64,000 nucleotides of DNA from Isurus oxyrinchus (taxonomy: Eukaryota). Under the pieces are notes generated by a model that was not told where the DNA came from, did not search any database, and worked only from the letters and a program-made list of their open reading frames with translations. Positions within the stretch are counted from its first letter, which is position 1, and each line of letters starts with the position of its first letter. A program made the position numbers and the translations under genes. This document shows, one piece after another, positions 39,420 through 52,615 of the stretch. The stretch spans positions 90,024,001-90,088,000 of the forward strand of contig JANJGN010000021.1 in NCBI GenBank assembly GCA_026770705.1. Direction: 5' to 3'.

Positions 39420-40780
39420 TTCATCACCCTTAGTTTCGCTATTTATTTGATATTCCCTTTCGTCGCATTAAATCACACCACCATTCAAGTTAGATGATCT
39501 ACTTTAAATTGCATCTTGCTCTTCTCAATTATTATTCTAAATCTTATTACACAATTATCACCCTTACCCAATTGTTCCCCCATATGCATTGGTCCAATGT
39601 CCCAATTGGCCCATCTCATTCCTAATGTCATCTTCCGCAATATCTTTTTCCCAGCTGCACTGAGGGTTTTCTGGTGAAATGAGTTCTCATGAATACATTT
39701 CAAGAATGGTGCCGCCTTTCCCCCCTCAATATAACATTACCTTACACAATGTTTAGGTGATTGGCTTACCTAAGTATCATCAAATGATCCGTTCTTTCAC
39801 ATCTGTCATTATTCTGCAGCTTTGTTCCCCTGACTCTCATTATTTGAAGGCGTACAGAATTGCCCATGATCATGCATTTCGTGCTTCTCAAATTCCGTGG
39901 CCTCTTTAGGGACATCTTTACTTTCTAACCATAAAGTATCTGACATGATCAGTACTGCCACCCATCTCCATTTTCCCTTCTCAATCTTATCTCAACAGTT
40001 TGTCTGATTGAATGTTTAGGGCCATGTCCTCACCATATTTAAGACATATTTCCGTCATTGTCACAACATCACTTTCTCCACTCAGTTGTTTGTGCTGAAG
40101 CTTACCAACATTATTCCACCACACTCTGGGCATTTACGTACTTGCATGCTAAATCTTGACTTACATTTTATCTAATATTGCACCACTTAATTGTTTGGTT
40201 CTGTTCATTCATCACAATCTTTTATGCGCATATTTTCTGGCTGCTTCCATTTTTTGGTGCCCCTCATGCCGATTGTGATTAAACCTTCCACAACTAAAGC
40301 AGTGAAACTTATCTTTGGACAGTTGAACCTAGTTCCCTAAAGGTGCAGCCAGTGACATTTAGATAGACCCCTCCTGCTTCAATTAGCGACTATGCCATTT
40401 TAATCTTAAGCCTCCGTCCTGCATTATGCTTCATGTCATTCATTGATGATCAATCTCTTCATATTTCTCCTATTTTGAAGCACACAGACTTGGAATTAAC
40501 CCTGTGCTCTGAACTTATACAGTCCTACTTTTTATCTTCTTCACTAGTTCCTGAAATTCTGGCAATCGAACCTCAATTCATGTTCTCTCTATGCCATTAG
40601 TACCGACATGTAACAAACTTCTGGTGCATGTCCATCCCATGGACGAATTTCCTGCATGCTCTCTGTGACATCGTAAACTTGCCACCAGGAAGACAACATG
40701 CCTTTCTGGACTTACAATGATGGTAATAAAACTTGTGTCTGACCATCAACATGAAATTCGATATGACTGCAGCAGGTACC
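39420..40780 (-). mobile_element. Decayed CR1 5' fragment (ORF1 esterase to endonuclease)
   Basis: ORF 39485-39703(-) GEQLGKGDNCVIRFRI (EN 'SDH' region); minus-strand CCLPGG at ~40680-40700 resembles the CR1 ORF1 VCCLPGA motif. Confidence 0.6.
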
Positions 40781-40920
40781 ATTAGTGTGATGAGCTATGC
40801 CAATAACTGGTGATCTGAACTACAACTCATGCTCTGAAAATCGAATTGCCTCCTTTAAACGCAAATATTTATGATGCCATTACTGGTTAATCCACCTTAA
40901 ACGTTTTCTTCTTTTTTTAG

Positions 40921-40947
40921 AGCTGGAACGACTTATTGCAGAGAGCA
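40921..40947 (+). CDS. Micro-exon, 27 nt, phase 1-1: ELERLIAES
   Basis: acgttttcttctttttttag|AGCTGGAACGACTTATTGCAGAGAGCA|gtgagt. Confidence 0.8.
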
Positions 40948-40959
40948 GTGAGTAGGATC

Positions 40960-43900
40960 ATTTTTAGGCTTTGACAGGATGTGGGCATCACTTTGTTGTC
41001 CAACATTTGTTATCTTTCCTAATTGACTGTAAGAAGGAAGTGCTGAGTTACCTGATGGAACTGCTCTATTAGGGAGGGAATTCCAGCATGTCGATCCGGT
41101 GACATTAAAAGGGCGGAGATACGCTTCCAAGTCAGGACATGGAGTGATTTGGTAGGGAACTTACATATGGTGGTGTTCCATACAAATATTTCCTTTGGCC
41201 TTCGAGGTGGCAGAGGTCGCAGGTTTGGAACTGTAAATTGCAGTTAAATTCTAATTGCAACCGCTACTAGCTTTTAGAAGAGAATGATAATAAAATTAAA
41301 CACGTAGAATTCCCTTATTAACACATTCATAATTTCACACTCTGTTGCAAAATACACTCCGTCACAAACTGCTACTTTTGATCTTGCTTACACCAGCAAG
41401 GGAGGTGGCACACAAAGATGCCCATGTGTCAACTGTCCTCGGCCTTTGAGATATTAGAGGTCGCAGGTTTGGAAGGTTGTATTGACGGAACTGTGATGAG
41501 TTGCTTCATTGCTTCTTGTATACAATACACTTTGCTGCCAATGTTACGTCTGAGGCGGATGGACTAAATGTTTAAGATGGCATATGGGGTTCCAGTTAAG
41601 CTGGCTGGTTTGTCCTCAATTGTGTCCAGCTTCTTGAATATATTGGGAGATACACACATCCACGTAAAAAGGAGAGTATTCCATCAGGCTTGTACATGCA
41701 CGTTCTAGATGGTGGATAATGTTTATAGGTGAGTTACCCATCATGGAATTCAAAACACTTGATATTCTCGTGCAGCGACAGTATTTATATGGCTGCTCCA
41801 GAATAGCTCATGGTCAATAGTCTCCCCAGGAAAGTTGGAGATTTACTGTTGGAAATGCAATTGAATGCCGATTACATTCTCTCTTGTTGGTGATGGTGAT
41901 TATCTGTCACTTGTGTGGCACGAATTTTAGTTTATACTTATCAGCAGTATCCTAAATGCTGTCCCATGTTTTGTTGCACACGGGCACAGGTGCTTGAGTG
42001 TCTGAGAAGTAGCCAATGGTACTGAAAATAAAGCAATACCAAAGAACATCTCCACTACTGATCTCTTGATGGAGGGTAAGACATTAATGACGCTGCTGAA
42101 GATGTCTGGGCCCAGGAACTCCTGCATCTCTGCCGTAGGGCTGAGGTGATTTACCTCCAACAGCCACAACCATTTGCCTTTGTGCTAAACATGTCTCCAG
42201 CCAGTGTGTGTTTTCGTACTGATTTCCATGGACGTTCTTTATGCTAGGGCTCTCTGATACCTCGCTCCATAACAAAGTTGTCTTTCCATCAGTTGCAGAC
42301 ACTCCAGCATCACTCATGTTGCTCAGTCTTTATTTCAATGTTTGGATGTGAGATCAGGAGTTGCGTGGCCATGGTGGAACATAAAATGAAGTCAGTGAGC
42401 AGTTTATTTCTGTTTAACTGTCGCTTAAAACACTGCTGATGAAATCTTCCATAACTTTGGGGATGATCGAAAAAAGACTGTTGGCAGTCTCTGGAGAAGA
42501 TGGACTGCGTCGGGGTCTTTGTCACTTATGGATTTAAGACCATTGTATATGGCCTTAGAAGCCCATTTGTGAGATGCAGTCGTATCTGCAACTGGCACAC
42601 ATGAATAGCATTGGCCCGAGGTTGATTGATTTTTAAAGTTCGTTCCTGAGGGCTCAATCTTCCAACATATTCTCAGGCCCTTTGTCGTCGGCTTTTTCCT
42701 GATCTTTTCTTGCTAATTGTCTCTGGACACTCTGGTTAGAAGCAATGAGTTACGTCCAATGCATCGATTCAGATCTCTATCAACTTGATATTTCTCTTGC
42801 AGGCATCCTTGTACTGCAGATGTGGGTGATCTATTGGTCTTATGCTGATAGCAATTACTCTATAGGACATGCCTTTGGGGAATCATCACACACATATTCG
42901 GCTTAAGAGACCCAGTCAACGGAGACACTGCTGACTCAAGAGGGTAACAGGCTGGAAATCCCTGCATGCTGGTGAATTTCCATTTTCGACATTCACTCCA
43001 GCTTGGAGATGCTCAATATTTGCCTGACGCAGCAGAGGTGGAACCCGTTTAGTTGCTTTCTTTGGCTTGCCCGAGTTGCCCATACATTTCTGCTGTAAGA
43101 ACATAGACGGTTGGTGTGGTACTTGTCTGCATAACTTTGTCTAACTTTCTTATGAACAGGGCATAACTGTGTAATTTTCACCATCTCCGGATAGATGCCA
43201 GTGTTCTGGCTGTATAGGAACATGACTTTGCACGGCTATTTCTCGAGCACCAGTCGTCAGTAATATTGCTGGGAAGTTATCAGGCCCCAGGATGTTTGCA
43301 GAATCTACTGTCTTCAACCGCTCCTGATATCACATGGAGTTAATCAAATTGGTTGAAGACGAGCATCTCTGTTATTTAGGATCTTCGGAGGAGGCCAAGA
43401 TGGAGCATGTACTTGGCGCTTCTGATTGCAACTGCATCAGTTGTGCGTTTTGCACTCATGTGCGTCATTGAGGGCTGGAATATTTGTGGAACCTTCTGTT
43501 CACGTTATTTAAATGTTCTGTGAATTCTGTGAATTTTGTTAATTTTCATCTGACTGAAGGTGTTAGGTTTTGAGAACTTTCATCTGATGATTGGTTATGG
43601 AATCACTTATCTCTGACTACAGCATGCTGCTTCCGCTATTTACTTTGCAAGTAGCCCTGTGTTCCAGCTTCACCATGTTGACACATCATTTTCTAAGTTT
43701 CCTTGCTGCTGCTCCTGGCATGCATTCCTGTACTCTACCTTGATCCACGGTTGATTCCTTGGCTAATGGTAGAATCGGGGACACATCAGGCCATGAGCCT
43801 GCAGATTGTGGTTTAATACAGTTCTACTGCTGCTGATGGCCCACAGTGCCCCATCGGTTCCCAGTTTCGAGTTTCTTTTTCTCTGTTCGAGATCTATCTC

Positions 43901-44965
43901 ATTTAGCACTTAATAGTGCATCAAAACACGATGGAGGGCAGCCTCAATATGAAGGCGGAATTTCATTTGCAGAGGGATTGTGCGGTGGACACGCCTGCCA
44001 CTACTTATGTGGACATATATAGCTGCTGCAGGTAGATTGTTGAGGACACGGGCAAATAGATTTTCTACCTTGTTTGTACATTTGCGAACTGCCACAGGCC
44101 ATCTAAGCGTAAAGGCTTTCAGTACTCTGTCGGCTTGGTCGATAGTGGTGCTACTGAGTCAGTTTTAGTGATGGGCACTGATGTCCCCGCCGAGATTGCA
44201 TTATGTGATCTTTCCACCGTCAGTGCCTCGTCCAAAAGGTGCTCAGAGTGAAGGGATACCGGTTCACCGGCTGGGGAAAGGCGACATTTGGCAGTCAGCA
44301 GGAAGTTGCCTTGCCTATGTTTGACCTTATGCCATGAGGCATCATGGGACACAAAGTTAATATTGAGGACTTCTAGGCCAACCCACTCCCTATGGCATGT
44401 CACTGTGCTGCCACATCTAGTGGGCCTGTTCTACAGATGGGGCAGGACATATCCAGGGACATGGTGTGCAGCGGATGGGACAGTGATTATGATTATGTCA
44501 ACCTACTGCTTAAACTGCCAGGAGTACACCGCTCCCAGTTTTGGCACAGGCCAGATGTTAATAAATAGGACTTTGCAGGGTATTTAGAAGTGGGAGTGAC
44601 GTTGTCGTCTCCGATGCCTTGGACCATAGCTGGATGGTTCATCTGCTTTCATACCTTTTTTTTACTTTGTAGCAGCTTGGTATAACTGAATGGCTTGATG
44701 GGCCACTTCATAGGTCATTCCAAGATTTAATCACGTTGCTGTGGGACTGGATTCAGAAATAGGCCAGACCTTGGAAGGACAACAGATTTCCTTCCTAAAG
44801 GACAAAACATTCAGCGATGGTTTGATGCTGACAGAGCTTTTAATTTCAGATGTATTACTTGAACTTAAATTGCATCAGCAGCCTTTTCAGGAATTGCACT
44901 CATGATACCTTAGCATTCACCTAGGGTTTCTGGATTTCTATTCCGTGACATTGCCACTGTGCCAC
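40960..44965 (-). mobile_element. Family-B LINE, apparently end-to-end (tRNA-like head, endonuclease, RT, tail), interrupted by an RTE fragment
   Basis: Tail at 40960-41230, RT at 41900-42520, TGIYPEMVKITQLCPVHKK at 43140-43210, endonuclease start ~44480-44580, head 44680-44965. Confidence 0.8.
42530..43125 (-). mobile_element. RTE 3' fragment nested in the family-B LINE
   Basis: Minus-strand LNGFHLCCVRQILSI (RTE-type 'FH.RCLR.IL.I' motif) fused to family-B sequence in ORF 42993-43223. Confidence 0.65.
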
Positions 44966-46326
44966 AACGAAGTTATTGCTTTTTGCCGATAGGTCTCCAA
45001 ATAATAGTGTGGGGAGGGGTGGAGTGGGGGAAAGCATTGACACACAACTCATAATTTGAAATGGCCTTACCTGCTCTGGATGGACAAGTTTAGTTAACAT
45101 TTTCACTGCTTACATCCCTGGTTTTTAAAGACGTAAAGATATTGTGAATTAATATCCCTCTATCTAAAAACCTTTCCTCCTACTTATTCTCCAATATTAG
45201 CTTAAAGCTTACTTAAAGAGGCATCCTGGTTGTTTTTGACAGTATGCTCCTACACTATCAATGTCTCTTCAAGTAACGAGTCTTTGGAAGAAGTTGGAAC
45301 ATGATTCAAAACAATTCCCACTTCCTCTTCATGCAGCTATATAAGTTGCAGTAATGAAATAATATATATATTTTGAAGATGAATCATCACTCATAATCAG
45401 TTCGTTAGGGCAACTGTAAAGTTAGAGAGCAACCAGGAATAATTAGATAAATTAGGAATAAATATTTTGCCACATGACTGCAAGTTAGAAAAACAAAATG
45501 AAATTGAATGGAGCAAAATTAAAATCACAAGTTGGGGATGTCAAACGGCAGCAGTGCCGAACATTAAATATTGTGGTGCTCTTAGATATAATTGCTTCTA
45601 GTAACCAAGGCATTAATAATTTATCTTCAATCTTTTGTGGTGCTATGATGGCAACTTTTGTATAGTACATGATAAATAATTAAATGCTGTCGATGAGGGG
45701 GTGGGGGGCGGTGGTGAGGGGGGAAGAGGGGGTTTGGGGGGGGGAAGTGGGTGGTGCTTATCCATTGTTAGGAGGTGAACTGTGATATCCAGTATCTTTC
45801 AAGTCTTGGTGATGCTGAACAATACAAGTATAGTGAGCCGAAATGCAAATTTCATCCCTCATTGCATTTAATGGTCTCTCAGTTGAAAATCTTGATGTTT
45901 CATCTTTCGTTGCCTTTGCTTAAATCCAAATTATGGCATTAGGATTACTGATTTCTCATTGGTGCTGCAGCAAGCTCTGACACAGCGCAGGGACTGAAAG
46001 GTATCCTCGCGTTTGTTTGGAAATAGGGCTTCGGACTTTTTTTGGTAATGCATATTGAAAACGTTGTCTTAGTATGAGACTGCCGTGGAAAACAGAGATA
46101 GGTAATTACAAATTGGGGAATAGTGTTTCATGGGGGTTATCCTTTCTACTGTCGTAAAAATAAGGTACACGATCCATTGGGAATAATATGCTTCCGAATA
46201 AAGGATAATAAATAAAAAAAAACACTTCTAAGTGAAAACATTTACCTCATGCAGTTGAGTGTTTGCTTGCTGAAAACTATGGCAATTAACAATGATTTAC
46301 ATTGATACTGTGTGACTTTCTTACAG

Positions 46327-46353
46327 TGAAACAGATGCTGGCAAAAGATATAG
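46327..46353 (+). CDS. Micro-exon, 27 nt, phase 1-1: MKQMLAKDI
   Basis: gtgtgactttcttacag|TGAAACAGATGCTGGCAAAAGATATAG|gtaagt. Confidence 0.85.
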
Positions 46354-46459
46354 GTAAGTTTTAAAGGAATGTGTGCATGCATTTCGTAAATCTCAATAAT
46401 ATCTTTACTTGATCACCAGTATAACAAACGTGATGCCACCAAGACTGGGACGAAGCTTA

Positions 46460-46660
46460 TATAAAAGCATGAAATGCTGGAAATACTCAGCAAGTCTGTC
46501 AGCATCTGTGGAGTGAAAAACAGCGCTAACATTTCAGGCCGATGGCCTATCATCATCCGAAATGTTGAACTGATATTTCTCTTCTCAGGTGGTGCCAGGT
46601 TATGCCCAGCGTTTTCTTCTTTTATTTCAAATTTCAAGCATTTGAATTACTTTTCTTTCG
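46460..46660. mobile_element. Mini fold-back made of two inverted Penelope termini
   Basis: aatgctggaaatactcagcaagtctgtcagcatctgtggag...ccagcgttttcttcttttatttcaaatttcaagcat; both arms match the ends of 2305-4035. Confidence 0.65.
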
Positions 46661-46699
46661 GACCAATGTATTACCTTAATCATGGTGACAGGTAAAATT

Positions 46700-47910
46700 C
46701 GAGACAGGTGTCTAGATGAGGGTAATGTAATTGCTGTAGTTTATATGGATTTCAGCAAAGCCTTTGACTAGGTCCCACTTGGGAGACTTACCAAGAAGGC
46801 AAATGCACATGGGCCACAGGGTAATTTGATAAGGTGAATTCAAAAGTGGCTTAGTTGTAGGAGACAGAGGGTGATGACAGAGGCTGCTTTAGTGACTGGA
46901 AGCCAGTGCCCAGTGGGTCTATGCTGAGTGCCTTATTATTCATCATTTATATCAAAGACATTGATGACAATTTGAAGGGGGGGTGGGGGTGGTGGTGGCG
47001 GGTGTAGGATTATGGATGACACAAATATTGGCTGGGTTGTTGACAGTGAGGTTGAGCGTCTTGGGATACATGAAGATATAGACGGGATGGTCAAATGGGT
47101 AGATAAATGGCAGCTGGAATTCAACCCTGAAAAGTGTAAGGCAATACACTTTGGAAGGAACAATCTGATGAGGAAGTATTCAACGAACAGCATGACACTA
47201 AGAAGTTTTGAGGAACAAAGGGACCTTCGCTTGTGTGTCCATAGATCTCTGAAGGCAGCGGGGCATGTTAGTGGCATTGTGAAATAGGCATATGGGACAC
47301 GACTTTATCAATCGAAGCTTAGATTACAAAAGTAGGGAGGTCATGTTGGAGTTGCAGAGAACCTTTGTAAGGCCACAGCTGGAGTACTGTGTGCAGTTCT
47401 GGTCACCGTATTATAAGAAGGACATGATTGCTTTGGAGGGGGTGCAGAGGAGATACACCGCGATGTTGCCTGGGATGAAACGTTTATGTTATTGAAGAGA
47501 GGTTGGATAGAATTGGGTTGTTTTTGCTGGAGCAGAGAAGACTGAGGGGCGAACTGATCGAGGTTTACTAATTATGAGGGGCATGGACAGGTGGAAAAGG
47601 AGCATCTTTAGTTGAAGAGTCAGTCACGACGGGACACAAGTTCAAGATGAGCAGCAGGAGGTTTAGGGGGATGTACAGAAAAAACATTTGTACCCAGAGT
47701 CTGGAATGCACTGCCTGGGAGGATGGTGGAGGCGGTTTGCCTCGCATTCTTCAAAAAGTACCTGAATGAGCACTTGACACGTCATAACCTTCAAGGCTAT
47801 GGGCCAAGTGATGGCAAATGGGATTAGGTGGGTAGGTCAGGTGTTTCTCACATGTCGGTGCAGACTCGATGGGCTGAAGGGCCTCTTCTGCGCTGTGTGA
47901 TTCCATGAAA
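46700..47910 (+). mobile_element. 5'-truncated CR1 (HER1-like) LINE
   Basis: YMDFSKAFD at ~46743, WQLEFNPEKC, VRPQLEYCVQFWSP, tail gactcgatgggctgaagggcctcttctgcgctgt. Confidence 0.9.
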
Positions 47911-49011
47911 TATGTGATTGGGTTATCATTACTATTACACAGAACTATTTATATTAATATGCAATGGCTCAAAAACCAAAAATATAAAGATTACAAAATA
48001 AGTGTCAGCATGGCCACATCAGAACACTGACATCTTTAATTTTATCACTATTCCCACTATTAGCTAATCCATTTTGCTTTTGCCTACATAGTATAGGTTT
48101 TCGTCTTTAGACTGCTCATTACATGTGGAGTCTGACCCAACGTGGTATCCAAAAAAGCATCCACTCTTGCAGCCATTCCGGTGCTCAAGTTTGCACTCGG
48201 ATTTCCTGTCCACCTTGATGGAATTGATCTAATGAGTGATAGCCGGTGTAGATCATGCCAGGAAAATAATCCGATTTGCACGATATAATCGGTATTGAAG
48301 CATGAAAGTAAAGCTGACTGGCATTTTGCCATCATTCATGAAGATTATGTAAAAATTTGGAGATTGGCTAAAATTCATCTCGTTAATTCTAAAGGCAGAA
48401 ATGTACATTCAAGAAACTCAACATAAAATTACGTGGAACTATGAAGTTAATGAAAGAATCCGCAAGATTGTCTGGAAACAAAGCATTTGAATAATTTGTC
48501 CGCAGCACAGCCTGTGGGCTTGAGCATGTTCATGCCAATCTGCGCTGGCACTGTTACCTGACAATTCGCCGTGAACAATCCCACCTCGCCCTCCACCACA
48601 ATATCCAATCCAAAACGTCCTACCCATTACTTTTAAAAAATCTAGCTCCTTTCCTTGGCGGTTGGTTTAAATTTCAAGGTGTCCTTTACACTCAGTTGAA
48701 TGTGAACAAAATGAAATGTGTTTTGAAACCCATAAATAAACTCTACTTACATGCTGCATGTGAACACCACAAAAATTCATGCTAACCTCAACTTTCAGCT
48801 TCAACAGATCTTTATCAAACAGGTTTACATGGAAGGTTTAATTGAGAAGCGTGGACAATTTATGGCTCATACTAAGCCACCAGGACTGCGCCCTACCAAA
48901 ATTCAAAGTTCAGTTCAATGATTGTGGGCTGATTATCCCTCAGACAGTATGTCATATATGAATGAAACACTTCAATGAGGTTTGACATTTTGTCAATGTT
49001 TGCTCCTTCAG

Positions 49012-49047
49012 AAATTGAAATTCTGAAGTTAAAGGTCACTAATGCTG
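49012..49047 (+). CDS. Micro-exon, 36 nt, phase 1-1: EIEILKLKVTNA
   Basis: ttttgtcaatgtttgctccttcag|AAATTGAAATTCTGAAGTTAAAGGTCACTAATGCTG|gtaagg. Confidence 0.85.
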
Positions 49048-50911
49048 GTAAGGCAATTCATCAGTAAATACACAGTATCGGCAAAAATGTCAGCCAGTGT
49101 TGCTTATAGAATTATTTCATATGTCTATATGTCTGAAGTACTCTACATGTCCTATACTTATATATAAACTTTATGTTAGTAATAAATTACGCAAATCTCT
49201 GAAGGCTTCCTATTTTCGTTTTCACATTATATGTCTGACGTACTTTATGATTCCTGCGAAAGTTTTTTCAATTCTTTGGTGTAATATCTTGTTTAATTAT
49301 GGCCAGTCTCAATACGGTTTGAGGGAAACTATACTGCAGAAGGTGACACAGAAAGAAACATGAAGTAATTCATGAAAACTACTGCTCCTCCAAACTTAAA
49401 ACTTTTCATGATATGCATTCACCTGTTATTTCCCATTTAATGTAATAGCCATGGGGTGGGGGTGGGTTGAAGGGCGGTGGGGGGAATTACATGTTACACA
49501 ACCCTGTTTAATTAATCGATATGGACATTCCTTCAGCATCACTTTAAAATATAACTGATAGAAAGAGAGTTTTAGTTATTTGCAACTTTTGTGTTTGTTA
49601 TCACTTCCGAGGTCCTGGCTTCCTTACAATAGTTGCAGGAGCTTGCTAATGAAAAAGACTGAGCATTTGATTCAGTCGGGGTATACCATGTTTGAAGCAG
49701 TTAGTTTTCAATTGCTGAAGTTTTATTGATTATTAAGGCAGTGGAATCTGGCAGAAGGTTTTGTTTAATACCTTGGTGTCCATTCCAAAAGAGAGGAGCA
49801 TAAATTTCCCGTGAAATCACTTCTTGCCTCAGACTTAGAACCATGTGAGATTGGAAAACCACGTGCTTTGGGGTGGGGAGCCATGGAAGGGGTGGGATGG
49901 AATTTTCAGAGACCAGTGCATAACACATGATAAAAATAAATGATTACAAAGACATATTAAAATACAGGTAGTACCAATATGTGTAGACTCCAACCAACAC
50001 AGGCATTAATCCTCTTGCGAATTTTGTAAATAGATTTTTAGGCTAAAGATCTACTTACCTTTTCAGGCAATTCTTAAACCGTCATCCTTCCTGCTCCCTG
50101 AGGTACCATGCCGAAACAAGGTTTGGCTTTGGCGACCATAGAGTTCCATTGGATTGGTCCATGATTATGCTTGGCAAAGTATTGCAGTGGTTCAACATTC
50201 TGCAGTATGGCAGACCCTGAAATTCTCCCGTTCTTCACCAGCTGTCATCAGACGCACCAGAAGGTTTTAAAGACTAATCATCAGCAATGTTTTACCACAT
50301 ATGCACCATCGCTAAGAAGTTCTTAAGTGGAATTTGAATTTGGAGCCTCTGACCCACAGTCAGGGACGCTGCTACTACGACACAAAACCCCCAATAAAAA
50401 AGTCATTTGGACCCTTGAATGTACAATTGATGGGCCGTTGTCGTTACCCATCGCAAATTCTGAAAAAGGTGCCCACGAATTTCGCAGAAGTCTCAATGCG
50501 GCAAGGACTATGCAATTAGAATAGCATCACGAAAGCTGCCAGCGGTGAGCGAGAAACAGGTATGCTCCAGTGAAGATTCTTCAGCAGCCTCAGAAATTGA
50601 CAATTGCAAATAAGGCATCTTTCTCTTTTGAAAATAAAATCATCCCACTGAATTACCAGGTGCATTCATGGTGCGCCATTGGCCCAGGCTTCACAATCAC
50701 TCCCCAAGGCACGTTCAAGCACTTTTCAGCAACGCACTTGTTTCTAATGAAACCGGTGGTTGAAATGTGTTTATTAAATGAGGGAGCCACCGTGAGGACA
50801 TAATCAGATCTGGCATCTCATCCTCTTTGTTCAGGCAGAACGCTAAAAACAGATTCCATTCATGCTGGGTTCTCTATTTTGGATTGGACAAAATGCTGAG
50901 AGCACAGAATC

Positions 50912-51019
50912 TGGCGTGATTTTATCGCCCTGCTGAAGTCATTGGGCCTTTGAATGGTTCGCCGCATTTTAGGACCTCCCCCACTACCCCCGCCACGAGG
51001 GGCCGTAAAATTCTGCCAG
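50912..51019. mobile_element. ~110 bp MITE-like element
   Basis: tggcgtgattttatcgccc ... ggggccgtaaaattctgcca are imperfect inverted ends; similar to the nested piece at 5103-5220. Confidence 0.55.
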
Positions 51020-51822
51020 AATGAAGCCAACTCATCGTAATTTTTACTGAATGAGTTCCTATCTTACCTTCTGTCCGGGATCCTGCATCGGTTCAAGGAA
51101 ATATAAATGAATGTATAACAGTTTATTTTATGGTTTGGCAAGCCTCTTCCATTCGCTTCCTGAAGGAAGGTCCAAGGAAAATGCCACAACCACCGCCATG
51201 CGGAGGACAAGGTGCAGATCCCGAATCAAACCCAGGTGGGACAGTCGAATGCTCCTCTGTCGATCGCAATCTACTCCACATTGACCGTCCAATCAACTGA
51301 TTCCCACAATAACACCAGTTGGTCTTCTACCTTTCCATGCAATTTGTAGTCTCTAACTATGAAAAGTGATGGTGGACATTTACATTTTAATTTCATCGCA
51401 TTGATTTCCAGTAATCTCCCCCTCTATTAGCTTCCACCATTACTGTATTTAGGAAAGCTATGGAGGAACCTTTCTGGTTCTTATTTCGTGGAGCGGAATC
51501 TGAATTCAGAGCTCCTGGTTTAAATACCACTGCTATCCCCTTGCACCACAAGACCTCTCTCAATCAAACTATAACATATATCTTATAGGCAGACATGTTA
51601 TGGAAAAAGGAACAAGGTTTTCCTGAATACAATATTCCTTTGATGGAATGCGTCAGGGGTTCCTAAATCGGCTTTTTCAAAAACTTCAAAGAACAATTTA
51701 ATTCCAATTTCTCTATGATCTTGAAACCGATAGCATCTTTTGGGGGAAATATGGGAAATTTAAAATGGTAGGAAGTAATTAGCGAACGTTTTAAATTGTA
51801 AAATTTAATTTATGTCTCACAG

Positions 51823-51840
51823 ATGGCAAACAAGCCCCAG
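51823..51840 (+). CDS. Micro-exon, 18 nt, phase 1-1: DGKQAP
   Basis: ttaatttatgtctcacag|ATGGCAAACAAGCCCCAG|gtaaga. Confidence 0.8.
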
Positions 51841-52269
51841 GTAAGATGCAGTAAGGCATTGCATTTAGTTGTGCATTCGATTGCCATCATTGGCTGTCTA
51901 TCACTTACTTTATCACAATTTTACAGAGAACGTTATCTGGACTGTAATATGCACTTGCCATTTCCTAATTTTATTGCCTATTGAAACCTCTGATACTGCA
52001 CTCAACCTCTCTCCCTTAGGCCGGTGTGTTTGAATGTATTTGGTGGGCAATTGTCCCAGTCATTAATCACAAAATCTGGTTGGACTACATAAAATTACTC
52101 ATGCAAAATCTCCCACTATTCTGAAACCATCCTGGGTTGTAACCCACCTTTTAATCAGCTACAAACCACATTCTTAAAAGCCCTGTCCTTGCCTCCGCAT
52201 GCACAACTCTTAGAACAAATCTGATGATCTTGTGCACTTCTTTGTCAGTAAGAACTCATTGAAGACTAC

Positions 52270-52615
52270 CAAAGTCCTGATGGCAGTTCACAGTATCTTC
52301 AATCTTTGCCTCTACTTGAAATTTTGATGTTGTGTCCAGCACACGGAGATCTAGGTCCTTAATATATCTCCAAGGAAGCATGTCTCTTAGTACCTTGCCC
52401 TGTGGAACCCATTATGTAACTTCCTTCTGTCCACAAAAAAAAAACAACCCTTCAGCTCCACTCTCTCTTTGCATTCACTCAGTTAAATTCGAATCCATGC
52501 TGCCCTTTTGTCTAGTTGGTTCAAACTTTGCTCAGAAGTCTTCTATGTAGCACATTATGAAACTGTTTTTTGGAAGCGATATATGCCACAATAACCAAAT
52601 TGTCTTTAATGATCA
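52270..52615 (-). mobile_element. Decayed CR1 RT fragment
   Basis: cttagtaccttgccctgtggaaccc is the reverse complement of a GVPQG.VL-type motif; cacattatgaaactgttttttggaagc resembles a reversed DFQKAFDKV.H motif. Confidence 0.55.

Noticed and set aside
45695-45755. G-run clusters (also 21676-21710, 46975-47005, 55505-55535) as functional G-quadruplexes
   Set aside because: Simple expansions, several inside repeats; no supporting context.
46246-46269. Minus-strand 24-nt exon-like element (gttttcag|CAAGCAAACACTCAACTGCATGAG|gtaaat)
   Set aside because: Isolated, opposite strand, stop in phase 1. Useful reminder that such patterns arise by chance.
50325-51560. tRNA-like segments at ~50330-50390 and ~51490-51555
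   Set aside because: Degenerate SINE-head remnants without a complete cloverleaf; not tRNA genes.
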